Positions 27,597 through 39,377 of a stretch of DNA of 64,000 nt are shown piece after piece. The DNA lies in the NCBI RefSeq assembly GCF_964204645.1, contig NC_134026.1, positions 29,794,150 to 29,858,149 on the forward strand, written 5' to 3'. The stretch comes from Tubulanus polymorphus. Lineage: Eukaryota > Animalia > Nemertea. Made by a program: the position numbers and the translations under genes. The notes under the pieces are model-generated. The model saw only the letters and a list, made by a program, of their open reading frames with translations. It had not been told where the DNA came from and made no database searches. Position 1 is the stretch's first letter. The number at the start of each line of letters is the position of its first letter.

Positions 27597-27805
27597 TTAT
27601 TTTCCCTTTGGACTTTTTCAATTTTGTTTGGTTTATAATTTCCCGTGGGTTTCTTCATCAAACTTTGATGTTAAACTGCGAGTTTTTTTTTCCAGTCTGA
27701 GCATAACCCAGGATCAGTGACTTAGCGCTGCATTTCTTAATTTTGTTGAGATAATGAAATGCTCACCAGGGTACCAAGCATAACTTGTTTCAGAAAAACT
27801 GAGAA

Positions 27806-28034
27806 AACTGGCTTGTCATGTCGTCAAAGTACAGGAGGCTGAGTGTGAAAATCACATCTTTATGTTACATGCGGTGCATTTTGGTTGTTCGAAACACAAC
27901 TTTTAGAATAACCCTCGTGAACCACGTGTTGCCTCCTTTGCAAAGAGGTCAATAAAAAGCAAAATGGCGTAAAACCAAAAATGGTTTTATCATTATTTTT
28001 ACACAGTACAATTTTTCGAAATCTTTATTTAACG
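27806..28034 (-). pseudogene. Vestigial 3' fragment of a third GPCR copy (last codons plus 3' flank)
   Basis: Diverged duplicate of 28057-28290; reads VK*RFRKIVLCK versus VNEKFRKIVMCK of the intact gene. Confidence 0.6.
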
Positions 28035-28242
28035 TTATTTCTGTATTGAACGCTTCAACTGGCTTGCTATGCTGTCAAAGTACCAGGAGAAGAGGCTGAA
28101 TGTGAAAATCACATCATTACATTAAGCGCCGCAATTTGGTTCGATTGATCACAAAGTTTAGACTTACCCTCGCAAACCACACGTTGCCACCTTTCCAAAA
28201 TGAACTCAAGAAAAACAAAATGATGTAAAATCAATAAAACTA

Positions 28243-29226
28243 TCATCGCAATTTTTTGCACATTACAATTTTTCGAAATTTTTCGTTAACAATGAAATAA
28301 ATGAAGAAGTTTATGAGTGAGTCAATTTGGCTTAACAACATTCCGATATACATTTGACCGGCTGAAATATCATCCAGCACTATCATGTAGCGTAGTATAA
28401 ATGCTGCATTTGGTGTTTCAAACAGAATAAAAGCTACGATAACCATCGCAATCATACGTGTTGCTTTGACTACAGATTGCCGGCTGCCCTTTTGGTTCGT
28501 TGTCTGCCCCATATCACGTCGACGGAAATATTTGATGAGAAAAACCAAAAGGATTAAATTGATTACGATAAGACATGTGAACGGTACAATGAAGGTGAAT
28601 ACGACTATTGATATTATGTGAACGAGTCCTGTCATAAGACCATATGTATGGTAATACGACTGATGAAAAACATGAGCGCAAGACATTTTGTGATAAGCTT
28701 TCTTGTACATAAATATGTAGAAACTTCCACAAGTAACAATGACATACAACATAATTGTGACACATCTCAAATATTTTTTCGTAAGCCATAGTCCTGATTT
28801 CAGTGGGAAGTAGACCGCGAGCAGTCGCTCAAGACCTAGAAATACTATCAACCAGTTTCTAACAACCATGAAAATATGTCGACAGGGAAACATTAACGCA
28901 TCAACCTCCGGTAGATAGCTCTTCCAATTTCTGTACTTGTAATATTCTCCGAATCGCCAATATCCCAACAGCACTCCGCTTTGCAATGGCATCGAGACAA
29001 GTAGAAACAAAGCATCGACGATGGAGAGCATTTTTAAAAGGTAGTAACCAGAATTGAACGGCAATTTTTGCAAAACGCAATGGGAAACCACGTTCAAAAC
29101 GAATCCGACAAACTGTATCGGTAAACCTACAATTGTCTCGTATATCATTGCATACTGTGTCGAATCGTGAATTCTACAGTCGTGGTAAGGATCGACAGTC
29201 GTCGTGATGGTTAAAGTTGTATTCAT
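28243..29226 (-). CDS. Intronless rhodopsin-class GPCR (FMRFamide-receptor-like/putative chemosensory), copy 1, 327 aa
   Basis: Seven hydrophobic segments, N-terminal NTT sequon, ERLLAVYFPLK (DRY variant), FILFETP, INFFIY..NEKFR. Confidence 0.88.
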   Translation of the reverse strand: MNTTLTITTTVDPYHDCRIHDSTQYAMIYETIVGLPIQFVGFVLNVVSHCVLQKLPFNSGYYLLKMLSIVDALFLLVSMPLQSGVLLGYWRFGEYYKYRNWKSYLPEVDALMFPCRHIFMVVRNWLIVFLGLERLLAVYFPLKSGLWLTKKYLRCVTIMLYVIVTCGSFYIFMYKKAYHKMSCAHVFHQSYYHTYGLMTGLVHIISIVVFTFIVPFTCLIVINLILLVFLIKYFRRRDMGQTTNQKGSRQSVVKATRMIAMVIVAFILFETPNAAFILRYMIVLDDISAGQMYIGMLLSQIDSLINFFIYFIVNEKFRKIVMCKKLR

Positions 29227-29898
29227 GGTAGCAATTTCAAACGTAGCTGTACGCCTTGCATATATTTTTCATCCAAACAGCACTGTTCTTTTTACTCTTC
29301 TCAATCTCCAAATCTCCCTATATATTCAGAAACGCATATCATTTCAGTTCGTAAATCCATAAAGCTTGAACAACGAACCAATTTCTATGTGTAGGGAAAA
29401 CTACATTTGCATGCATTGAACGTGTCTTGCAATGACAACCAGGAAAGTGAAAGCATCGACTATGAAGTCATTAACATGGTGAGACTGATGGAATATGGGA
29501 TTCAAAGGATGAAGAAACGATTTGACTCCCATTCTTCTATTATTTTTCTGGAATCTGATCAGTCAACATTTTACATTCTGTATTTCGAACCCCGTCGAAT
29601 ATCATGTGTCAAATATACATACGACCAAGCTGACTGAGTTGTAAATTATGTCATGGAAAGTGGGACAATCATCACAATTTTATTCTACATACAATTAAAA
29701 AGTACTCAGAAATACTGTAGTTTGCGGCCTCTCATCAAGCTAAAATGATTCAGATTGCGAGCAGTCCGAAATATACCTGATAAATTGAATTATTCTAGTC
29801 ATTCTAGATTTACAAAACTAAGTTTGTCGTATAATCATCACGTGTTTTATTTAAGGAGCTGTACCGTAATTACCGCCGATCATCACCCAACAGATATT

Positions 29899-30087
29899 CC
29901 TACTGTGGCATGCGTGTAATACGTTAGTTCTCATATTGACCGCTAATGTTGTATATAGAGACAGCACCTAACGGTCGATATTTGACACAATTGTTATACC
30001 TACTGTGGCATGCGAGTAATACTTAGTTCGCACTTTTACCGCTAATGTTTTATAGAGGGGCAGCACGTGAGAGTTGATATCTGACAT
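29899..30087. repeat. About 100-bp diverged tandem duplication between the two GPCRs
   Basis: CCTACTGTGGCATGCG..TAATAC..TTAGTTC..ACCGCTAATGTT..CAGCAC..GATAT.TGACA at about 29899 and 29999. Confidence 0.8.
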
Positions 30088-30794
30088 TGTCGGGTCTGTT
30101 TCACATGTATAATTCCGAACTTTCGATATACTTAAGTTATTTACAATATTCTATTCTCCTTTTGACAATTTACAACCTAATCGTGATTGGTTTTTGTATC
30201 GTGAAAAAACAGAAGAGCAGCAAATAGTATTTACAAATAAGTTTTGCATCGCTGCTGAGGAACGCAATGACCATAACGCTTTCACCACATTAATGGTAGT
30301 CAATCTGATAGTCAATTTATTCTAAGTTCTTGCGCTCAAGGGCTGAATCGCAGGAATCTCATGTTGGTTTTCGCAAAACCGATGTCTCGTTCACTTGGAC
30401 GATGATTTTTCACCGCTCAATTTCGGACCATTCCGTCATTGCAGCGGCCAGCAATGAACGTTAACAATCAGTCATAGCGTTGCTTATTCATCCATTGATA
30501 CAATTGGATTGTTTTTGTCTTGAATAGCCTTCAAATATGGACACCTTACTTTTTGTCGCGAGGATTTATGAAGGGGTGAAAAACACTAGAAATACAGTAG
30601 AGCTCAGTTTTTGTGAGGCAGGGCAGCAGAAAGCCATAATTCTATCATCGTTAACCGTACGTCATATAACGAGCTGTGCATTTTTGCTAGCAGAGGTCAG
30701 AACAGCAAAAATGGCGCGAACAACCAGTTGATATGGCTATTTCAAAAAAGAATTCGTTATGACTTTTCATTAAGTAAAATTTTCGTAATCATCA

Positions 30795-31778
30795 TCATTT
30801 TTTGCACATTACAATTTTTCGAAATTTTTCGTTAACGATGAAATAAATGAAGAAGTTTATGAGTGAGTCAATCTGGCTGAACACCATGCCGATATACTTT
30901 TGACCGGCTAAAATATCCTTATCACCCTGCCCATATATATAACGCAGTATAAATGTTGCATTTGGCGTTTCAAACAGAATAAAAGCGACGATAACCATCG
31001 CAATCATACGCGTTGCCTTGACTACTGATTGTCGACTGCCCTTTTGGTTCGTTGTCTGCCCCATGTCACGTCGACGGAAATATTTGATGAGAAAAACCAA
31101 AAGGATTGAATTGTTTACGATAAGGAAAGTGAAAGGTAAAATAAAACCGAATATGACAATTCCCATCAGGTGGGCGATTCCTACCATGAGATCATATCTA
31201 TGGTAAATCGACTGATGGAAAACATAAGCGCAAGACAATTTCACATTAATTTTCTTGTACAAAAATACGTAGAAACTTCCACAAGTTACAGTAACATACA
31301 ACATAATTGTGACACATCTCAAATATTTTTTCGTAAGCCATAGTCCTGATTTCAGTGGGAAGTAGACCGCGAGCAGTCGCTCAAGACCTAGAAATACTAT
31401 CAACCAGTTTCTAACAACCATGAAAATATGTTGACCAGGAAACATTAACGCATCAACCTCCGGTAGATAACTCTTCCAATTTCTGTACTTGTAATATTCC
31501 CCGAATTGCCAATACCCCAACAGAACTCCGCATTGCAATGGCATCGAAACGAGTAGAAACAAAGCATCGACGATGGAGAGCATTTTCAGAAGATAGTAAC
31601 CAGAATTGAACGGCAATTTTCGCAATACACAATACGAAACCACGTTCAAAACGAATCCGACAAACTGTATCGGTAAACCTATAATTGTCTCGTAAAACAT
31701 CGCATACTCTGTCGATCTTTTTATTTTACAGTCGTGGTAAGGATCGACAGTCGAGCTGATGGTTAAAGTTGTATTCAT
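30795..31778 (-). CDS. Intronless rhodopsin-class GPCR, copy 2 (tandem paralog)
   Basis: Colinear with copy 1; start placed at MNTTLTI (31778) by alignment. Confidence 0.88.
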   Translation of the reverse strand: MNTTLTISSTVDPYHDCKIKRSTEYAMFYETIIGLPIQFVGFVLNVVSYCVLRKLPFNSGYYLLKMLSIVDALFLLVSMPLQCGVLLGYWQFGEYYKYRNWKSYLPEVDALMFPGQHIFMVVRNWLIVFLGLERLLAVYFPLKSGLWLTKKYLRCVTIMLYVTVTCGSFYVFLYKKINVKLSCAYVFHQSIYHRYDLMVGIAHLMGIVIFGFILPFTFLIVNNSILLVFLIKYFRRRDMGQTTNQKGSRQSVVKATRMIAMVIVAFILFETPNATFILRYIYGQGDKDILAGQKYIGMVFSQIDSLINFFIYFIVNEKFRKIVMCKK

Positions 31779-32687
31779 GGTAGCAATTTCAAACGTAATT
31801 GTACGATATAGTGCGTATTCCACCAAACAGCAGTTCTTCACTCTACTCCGCCATTTATATCAGTATATATATACGTATAGATGTTCGGAAACGTAGATTA
31901 TTTCACAATGATATAACATCCATAGATAGAATAGTGAATGAAGCTCAGAGAAAACTACTTTTCATGAGCTTCTTACAATCGGGTTAAATCATTTGTACGA
32001 AATATTTGACTTGTACTATTATAATCATCAGTTTATGTGCATTTATATATTTTTTTGATCACCGTCAAATGTCACTGTTATTTTTCTAATTGTAATTGCT
32101 TTTGATGCCCTTCGTACCTTAGCATGTATTTATTTTGTATATCCTATTGACTTTGTTTAATAAAATTTATTTGTACTACTACTCAATATTTGAGTCAACC
32201 CACGTCATTTATGTGTCTCCTAATCGTCGTAAATCATTTCCATCTTGAAACTCGCTCAAACAATTAGTCCAGTGCAAGCCTGGCTGTATACTGAGACCCC
32301 AAGCTGGAAAATGAAAAAAAAACTCCAGGAACAACTAGAAATTATGTTCAAATGACGTCGCAATTCGTGGTAAAAAATATCATTGCCTTTTGGTGGATGG
32401 TTAATTCAATTAATCGTTACACGTGTTTCCGTTCCCTCAAAAACGATGATTGTTCTCAGTATTTCAGAGATAGTTCTCAGTATTCAGGACCAGACAAAAA
32501 AAAAAATTTTGTAGTAGCCTAGTTTCTATAACACTAATGGCGGGTATTCCCCCACCAAGTCACATGAATCTGATTAGTCACCATTTTCCACTATCAACAA
32601 GAACACCTGCATTATTTCCCCGTCGAATATTATAATTGTGCTACAAAGCTTCAAAACAAGTTGTGTTTGCTGAAATACATAATAGAG

Positions 32688-33674
32688 ATGTTGTTTATTT
32701 ATGCTGTTAGCTGTTTTGTTTCAGGTAACTGATTATGGAAATTGTTCATTGTCTCGTCGAAAGAAAATTCATCTCTTCGGTATCTATAACATTTTTCTTT
32801 ATACAGTGTTTATTGTCGCGGTAAATGGAGACAGTTTATGTTGGAATCGATCAGGAAAATGTCAAACTCATTCCACGCCATGTGCTGGTCCATCTGCTTC
32901 AAATCTATGTTCTGATTATGGTGAAACGTGTTGCCTGCCGCGATACTGTAACAGTTTGAATGTGATAGGGCGCCAGGAATGGAATGCTCGACCCCCGAAA
33001 TCGGTCAGTTATCTGAATGGTCCTATGCCTATGGTATTCATACATCACACAGCTATGGATTTCTGTTATAATAAAACATCTTGCAGTAAAGAAATGAGAA
33101 TTATACAGAATTTACACATGGACGGGAGAAGTAGGTTATGGTTAAGTGGAGTTATTCTGAGTGTTTAGAATTCCGCGGGTTATGAAACATCTCCTGGTAC
33201 CTGATGTAAGGTAATAAATAGGAAATTCCAAAAATGTTAAGAAAATATTCAGAAGTCGAAATCACCAGGAGACATTTCATGAATGTTTATATAATTCATG
33301 CAGACGCTTCCTATGAATAAATGATTTGTATTTTTCAAATAGGTTGGGATGATATTGGATACAGTTTTCTGGTCGGTGAAGATGGTAGAGTTTATGTGGG
33401 GAGAGGCTGGGATCGAGTAGGAGCTCATACTAAAGGCTATAACACCAGATCGTTAGGTATCAGCGTAATGGGTAACTTCATGAAGAGACGACCGAATAAT
33501 GCGGCATTAGATACAGTAAAACTTATCATCAGATGTGGCATCTATCTACAGAAAATCAAACCAGATTACGATTTATTCGGTCACAGACAAGTGAGACAAA
33601 CACAATGTCCGGGCGATTATTTCTATAATTTGATTAAGGGGTGGCCACACTACAAAACCACACCACCAGCCTAA
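32688..33674 (+). CDS. Secreted peptidoglycan recognition protein (amidase PGRP) with N-terminal six-Cys domain; 3 exons
   Basis: Signal peptide MLFIYAVSCFVSVFIVAVNG across intron 32725-32806; PGRP domain IGRQEWNARPP, FIHHTA, WDDIGYSFLVGEDGRVYVGRGW, GAHTKGYN, GHRQVRQTQCPG with His/Tyr/His/Cys catalytic set. Confidence 0.92.
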
Positions 33675-34285
33675 TTACATATTCGGCCACTTCATTGATA
33701 ATGAAACTAAATCATATCCTTGAAATATCTGTCTTGGTTTCCACTGATATCTTGTGGTTGTCGGTGTTAGTTGATGAATAATTCTCGGAGCAGTTTGACG
33801 AATACAAACAAAATGATTAAACTAAGGCAATGATTGATATATTATTATTATTATAATATGTATTATACAATGATTTATGCTGTAGATTCATTTACTGACA
33901 ATAAGATACAAACATTAATTATATACATTATGTAAACATCTTTATCTTTTCAAATAAACCTCAATTGTTTTCTTCCATTGTGACAGCTATTTGTTAGGAT
34001 AACTGCTTTTTTTACTGGAGACAACATTAATTTTACATAGAATTATATAACATGCTAAGGTTTACCAATATAAAAGTACATTGTTTTACGCATTAAATAA
34101 ATTAGCACAATTGCAGAATTGAATTTAGGAAGGCAGGTATCAGGTTTACTCTGCGAGAAGTTCCCCACACCAAACACCTGCCGATTTAACATATCTATCA
34201 AGTAAATACAATTCTAATCAGAATTCTATCATTTTTGTCTCAAACGATCCGCGATAAAAGTCAGTTTAATGAAAGATGAATTGTT

Positions 34286-35800
34286 TTATGATTTGCGATA
34301 TTCTATTCGTTCTACTTTCACTTCTTCTCCTATCAGTTGATAAACGTAACAAACAACTGTTAACTGTTGAATATCCAGTAATACAAACGATGGCATCACA
34401 TTTCTGAAACAAGAAAAATACAACAAACTCATTTTAGAACATCATTTCACAAAACTGAGAAGAATTTACATATGATATATGAAACTTTCAGTCTACAGTT
34501 TACAAGTACAAACAACAGTCAATGACTTGTAGTGAGTTTGACAACAGGGCCCAGTTTCACGAAAAAGTTTAAGCCTAAAACGGTTAAGTTTGAATTGTTG
34601 TCCTCATTGAAAACATGAAGTAACCATTGGCAATTACACCAAAAATTTGAGTTTAACTTTTGTGTGAAACCGAGCCCTGTACTACAGAAAGATTTTAACA
34701 ACAAAAGAATCCAATCTCTATGGCTTGGTGGATACGCTATTTGCTTATCAAGTATTCCAGGAGTTTGTATCTCAAGGATAAAATCTTAATCATAAGAAGT
34801 GAATCAGTTACTTACGTATCTAATGCATTATAAGCACCGGTCGCTGAACCAGGATTTATGAAAAACTTATTTTCATGTTCAAATGCCTCGAATTTATGCG
34901 TATGACCAGAAATGAGGATATCGACGTCGAGCTGTCGTTGGATCATTGCCAAACTTTCATTATCACCCCACGGCACCACCTGGTGGCCGTGACATAAACC
35001 AATACGAAACTGTCCGACTGTTACGACTTTCTGTTCGGGATAATTCATATTCTGAAATTAACATCATTCAATATCAATTACTTGGTATTCACATTTTTCC
35101 AGGCTTTTTACAGATCAGAGGGTATCCAAAATTCCATAATATTCTCCCTTTCCCCGGACCCTTAAATAAAAATTCTCTAATTATCTTCTAAGATATCCTC
35201 AGTGGGGGTTGTTGTCTCTTTTCGAGAGGTTCCTAATCCTTGTGCCACTTGTTACCAGCGAGAATAACAAGACACCAAAAATTCCCTGATTTTCAAGAAA
35301 ACAGTCAGAATTCCCAGATTTCCCCTTGTGGGGAAAATAAATCTGGAACTACGTAATAAGTAGGAACTCCTTGTGAATCTTATTCTAATAAATCTAGAAA
35401 TAGAATTATTGGTTTTAATTAATAAATTACCTCATCAAAATCACCTCTCACAACGTGTACATCACTAGCGAGTGTTTTCAGATAGTCATATGATTCTTTA
35501 GTACACAGATTCCCCGTGCAAAGGATGTGTTGTATTTTACCCGGCACTAAAAGTTTTTTGAATTTTGCCGGAACGCTGTTACATCTGTGAGGAATGTGAA
35601 GATCGCCGAGAACTAAAACCAACTACAACAAAAAATATCAATACAAATCGATGATGTTCAATAAAATCACCCTGAAGTGAAGAAATTGAATTGATGAAGG
35701 TTTCCGAATTTAAATGGATCTAATTTCGTTTCTATAGAAGTAAAAACCTTTACTCGAATCTAAACGCATTATGATCACAAATCAAAACAATATTTACCAT
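34286..35800 (-). CDS. VPS29: Vacuolar protein sorting 29 (retromer subunit)
   Basis: ATG-only first coding exon (35798-35800), [61 protein letters not shown]. Confidence 0.97.
34548..34676. mobile_element. MITE, PIF/Harbinger-like (copy 2) in VPS29 intron
   Basis: Nearly identical to 2586-2715; flanks CAG/CTG. Confidence 0.8.
35100..35350. mobile_element. hAT-like MITE family member in VPS29 intron (relatives at about 23240-23345, 48009-48188, 53455-53620, 62965-63195)
   Basis: Shared internal GATATCCTCAG..GAGGTTC..GCCACTTGT..CAAAAATTCCCTGATTTT and CAGG..TTACAGATC / ATCTATAAGAACCCTG ends. Confidence 0.6.
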
Positions 35801-36070
35801 TTTTAGAGTAATCTATCGCTAATTTGAGCAGAAATTCACAATTTAGCGACAGTTTTTGGACTTTGTGGGTTTTACTTCCGGGTTTTTCTTCCTATTTCCG
35901 GGTTTCGATACAGCTTCGCTGATTGGCTCGAAATGTCTAGATGCCGGTGTCTCGACCAATCACGGATCAGGTAACAGCGAGCGCTTGGTTTCAGTAAAAG
36001 CGTCAAAATGGCGGCTGAAATGAATTTCTATTTGTGGTAGGGCCTAAAAGAAACGCGATTCAGTGGAAGA
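35801..36070. promoter_or_regulatory. Bidirectional promoter VPS29/RAD9
   Basis: Divergent ATGs 270 nt apart; ETS-like TTCCGG at about 35876 and 35896, opposed CCAAT boxes at about 35922 and 35956, YY1-like AAAATGGCGG at about 36005. Confidence 0.7.
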
Positions 36071-39000
36071 ATGAAGTGCATTATACCTGGAAACAACGTT
36101 AAAGGTTCGTCTCGATTTAAACGTCTTCGTCATCAGAAAAATACGGTTTACTTGATTTTATGTCTTCGAGAATGAAGACGAAAAGTTCTTGAAATATGAT
36201 TTTTGATGACCACGGACGGACCGGCACCGCCAACACTTCACTCTGACTCTCTGTGCTTGGCTTGGCTTACCTTGTTTCCTTGCTATTCTATAACCTTGTT
36301 CTTGACTTGCCTCAGTACACGAGCTAGCTGTCAGCTAGTTCACTATCCTCACTATCCTGTCACGTCATTTGCAAATGAATATTTCTTTAAATTATAGTAT
36401 TTGGTCGTGCCATTCACTCCTTGTCAAAAATTGGCGAAGAACTTTATTTGGAACCACTTGAAACAGGCGTAAGTTGTTTGAGTCTGAGAAACTGCAGGGA
36501 TTAACTGAATCGTTATATTCTCTTTGCTCATATGTTTTTTTAGTTATCGGTAAGAACCGTGAATTCATCCAGATCTGCCTACGCTTGTTTCTTCTTCTCA
36601 CCGACGTTTTTTCATCATTACAACGACGGCAACAATGAAAACAGCGACGAAATATTCAAATGTAAATTCACGATGAAAGTAAGTTAACAACAACAGAAAA
36701 TTTGTAGATATGCGTAAAGTTTCATGAATCAAATTTTTGGCTAAGTTACTTAATTGTAATGATGATTTATTTTGTCATGGGCTTATAACAGAATAAATCT
36801 CAGAGCTCTTTAAAATAATTCAAAAACCAGATACCTATTAGATATGAAATAAGTCATGATAGAACTCTCTATATAAGAATGTTTTATGGATAATTTAAAG
36901 ACATTAAATGATGGTAAAGCCTTAACTTGTTCATACTCTCAGTAAAGTAAAACTGTCTTCAGATTAAACAATACAAGAAGCTGAACTGAGATCGATGATC
37001 AATGTTAATTAACTCAGTTTTGATGGTGTATTTTCAGTCTTGTTTAACAGTATTCCGATCGTTATCAACTATAGAGAAATCTGTCGATCGTTGTAAAATA
37101 GTTCTCGATTCTGCTGAGAATCGAATGGTGTTTCAACTTTACTGTCATCATGGTGAATATTACTGCACGCGCTAGATACAGTCAACCCTTGATTAAATGT
37201 CACCAAAGTTTCGAATATTGGAGTTATCATTGCCAAAATCAGAACTTGGAAGCTCAGAATAACTTGGACCATAGTCTAGTACCTAGCCGTCTTGTTAGAG
37301 AACCGTTACAACGACTGGTATTCAGTCTAACTTGGACCAGTGAAATTTGTCAGAATTGGGTAGAAAATAAGATTGGAAATCAGAATATAAGTTTGCTCCT
37401 CCCAAGTTTGTCATAAGTCCAAGTTTGGTTAGGTTTATACCGTTAAGCTCAAGTTTTTTTTTACAAAATTCTGTTTTATATGATAGATTATGTCTGTTTA
37501 GGTATCGTTAAAACGCATAATCTGACGTACATCGAATGCGAAAGTTTGGAAGCTGTATTTTCTAAAGATCGCAGTAAAAATGTATTAACAGCTCAATCGA
37601 AGTAAGAATTCCTCTTGGAGGTCAATAAAATTATCAATATAGATTTATTTATCTAACTGATAAAGTTAATCTTCATGTAGATTGTTAGGTGAAGTTGTCG
37701 CGAGTTTCCAAACTTCACAAGAGGAAATAACTCTAAGCATCAACCCAGAAAAAGTCACCTTCAGAAATTATGTTGATGACGAATTAGGTAAAATTCAATT
37801 TATGCAAGAATCCGTTCTATTCATTGTATCGGTGTTATGTATTCAAATGTATTTGTTGATTTTTAGAACCAAATAAAGTCATTCACACTGAAATGAATCT
37901 CGTCCCAGAAGAATTCGAAAGTTTTCAAGTCGGACTCGATACGTCGATTACATATTGTCTCAAAGAATTCCGGGTGAATATCATTAAGAAATGAAAATTC
38001 TTCATATTTCACACTAAAATTCATGAATGTGTATTTTTCTATTTCAGGCAATTTTGTCCTTTTCAGAAATTGGAAATTTGCCTCTTTCGCTACATTTTGA
38101 AGCTGCCGGAAGGTCTGTGTTAATTAACTCTTCATTTTTTATATTTCTGATAATTTCTGTCTTGAAAATGATAACGGCGTATTTTCCAGACCAGTAGTTT
38201 TTACTATAGACAGCGATCAAACGTTTGAAGCTAATTTTGTGCTAGCGACATTAGCAGAATCACGAAATAATAATAACAACAGTAGCGCCAGTACGTCTAT
38301 TAGTAGAACACAGTCAGTCAAAAAGATAAACAGATCCACTGCGACACCAGCAAATAAACTCAAATCCATGTAAGTTAAACTACTATTCATACAACTAGAA
38401 AACTTAACATATTGATGAGAAATATCAATAAAAGATATTGTTATCTATTATAGGAGCCATGCTGCTGGGACATCATCAGTATCTAAACCTGCTCGAAGAT
38501 CACTATTACCCAACAATGAAACTCCTCTGGTGTAAGTTATCAATTAAGCAGCCGGGTTCACTGTTAGAATGTACTGTGGAGTTAAATGAATTCATTTTGT
38601 TTTGAGTTAAATCTGGACACCGGTAAATATGGCTGCTCTGTGTTCTTTCAGGAATAAACCCTCAACATCAACTTCGAAACCGTCCTATAGCAAGAAACCA
38701 GTTGATACCGGTTTAAACAGTAGACCAGTTGATACTGGTAATGGAGATAATAACGATAAAGAAATAGAAAGTTTAATGAATGATGCTTTATGTGATTGGG
38801 ATGCAATAGAAACTGATGTATTAAAATCGGCAGGCGATGCTACTAAACATAGACGCCTATTACCGGTCAATGTAAGTGAAAATTCAATTTGTTGAATATT
38901 TCCTTTCAAGTTGTTATCAATTGACAATGAATAACGAGATTCTCGTTTTATTTTAGGATATGAGCGATTCAGATGAGGAATTAATTCCGGGTACTCCACC

Positions 39001-39377
39001 ACCTAAGAAGGTACATATTCCTATACAGTAGACTCCACCTTACTCAGTAGCGTTGGGACTGTTAATATCTCAAAGAGTTTATCACATAGCGAACTGAGAA
39101 TTGGGGAAATTGAAAGTTTAGATCTCATTAAAATTCATTGATTTGAGTGACATTGAGTAAGGACCAGTCTACTGCACATGGCTTTTGAAAGAAAAAAGTA
39201 CACTTAGTGTATGACATGTGTTTGTGTAGATTCTTATATCTTTGTATTTGATTTCAGTTCAAGTCACTGTTTTCTGGTTGGTCTCTGAATGGTGAGGAAG
39301 ATGAGGAGGCAATAATTAATAAACCAACAACTGTGCTAGTAGAGAATACTGATGATGAAGATGATGACGAATCATGA
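36071..39377 (+). CDS. RAD9A: Cell cycle checkpoint clamp subunit RAD9 (9-1-1 complex)
   Basis: [88 protein letters not shown]; stop 39375-39377. Likely pro-ortholog of RAD9A/RAD9B. Confidence 0.93.
39026..39174. mobile_element. Tc1/mariner-like MITE in RAD9 intron
   Basis: CAGTAGACT..CCTTACTC ... GAGTAAGG..AGTCTACTG inverted ends; similar element at about 53914-54077. Confidence 0.6.

Noticed and set aside
27532-27600. Functional tRNA gene
   Set aside because: A and B boxes are present but the stems do not pair; better explained as a SINE head or pseudogene.
31779-31841. N-terminal extension of GPCR copy 2 in the ORF track
   Set aside because: Starts at a non-ATG codon; the paralog begins at MNTTLTI.
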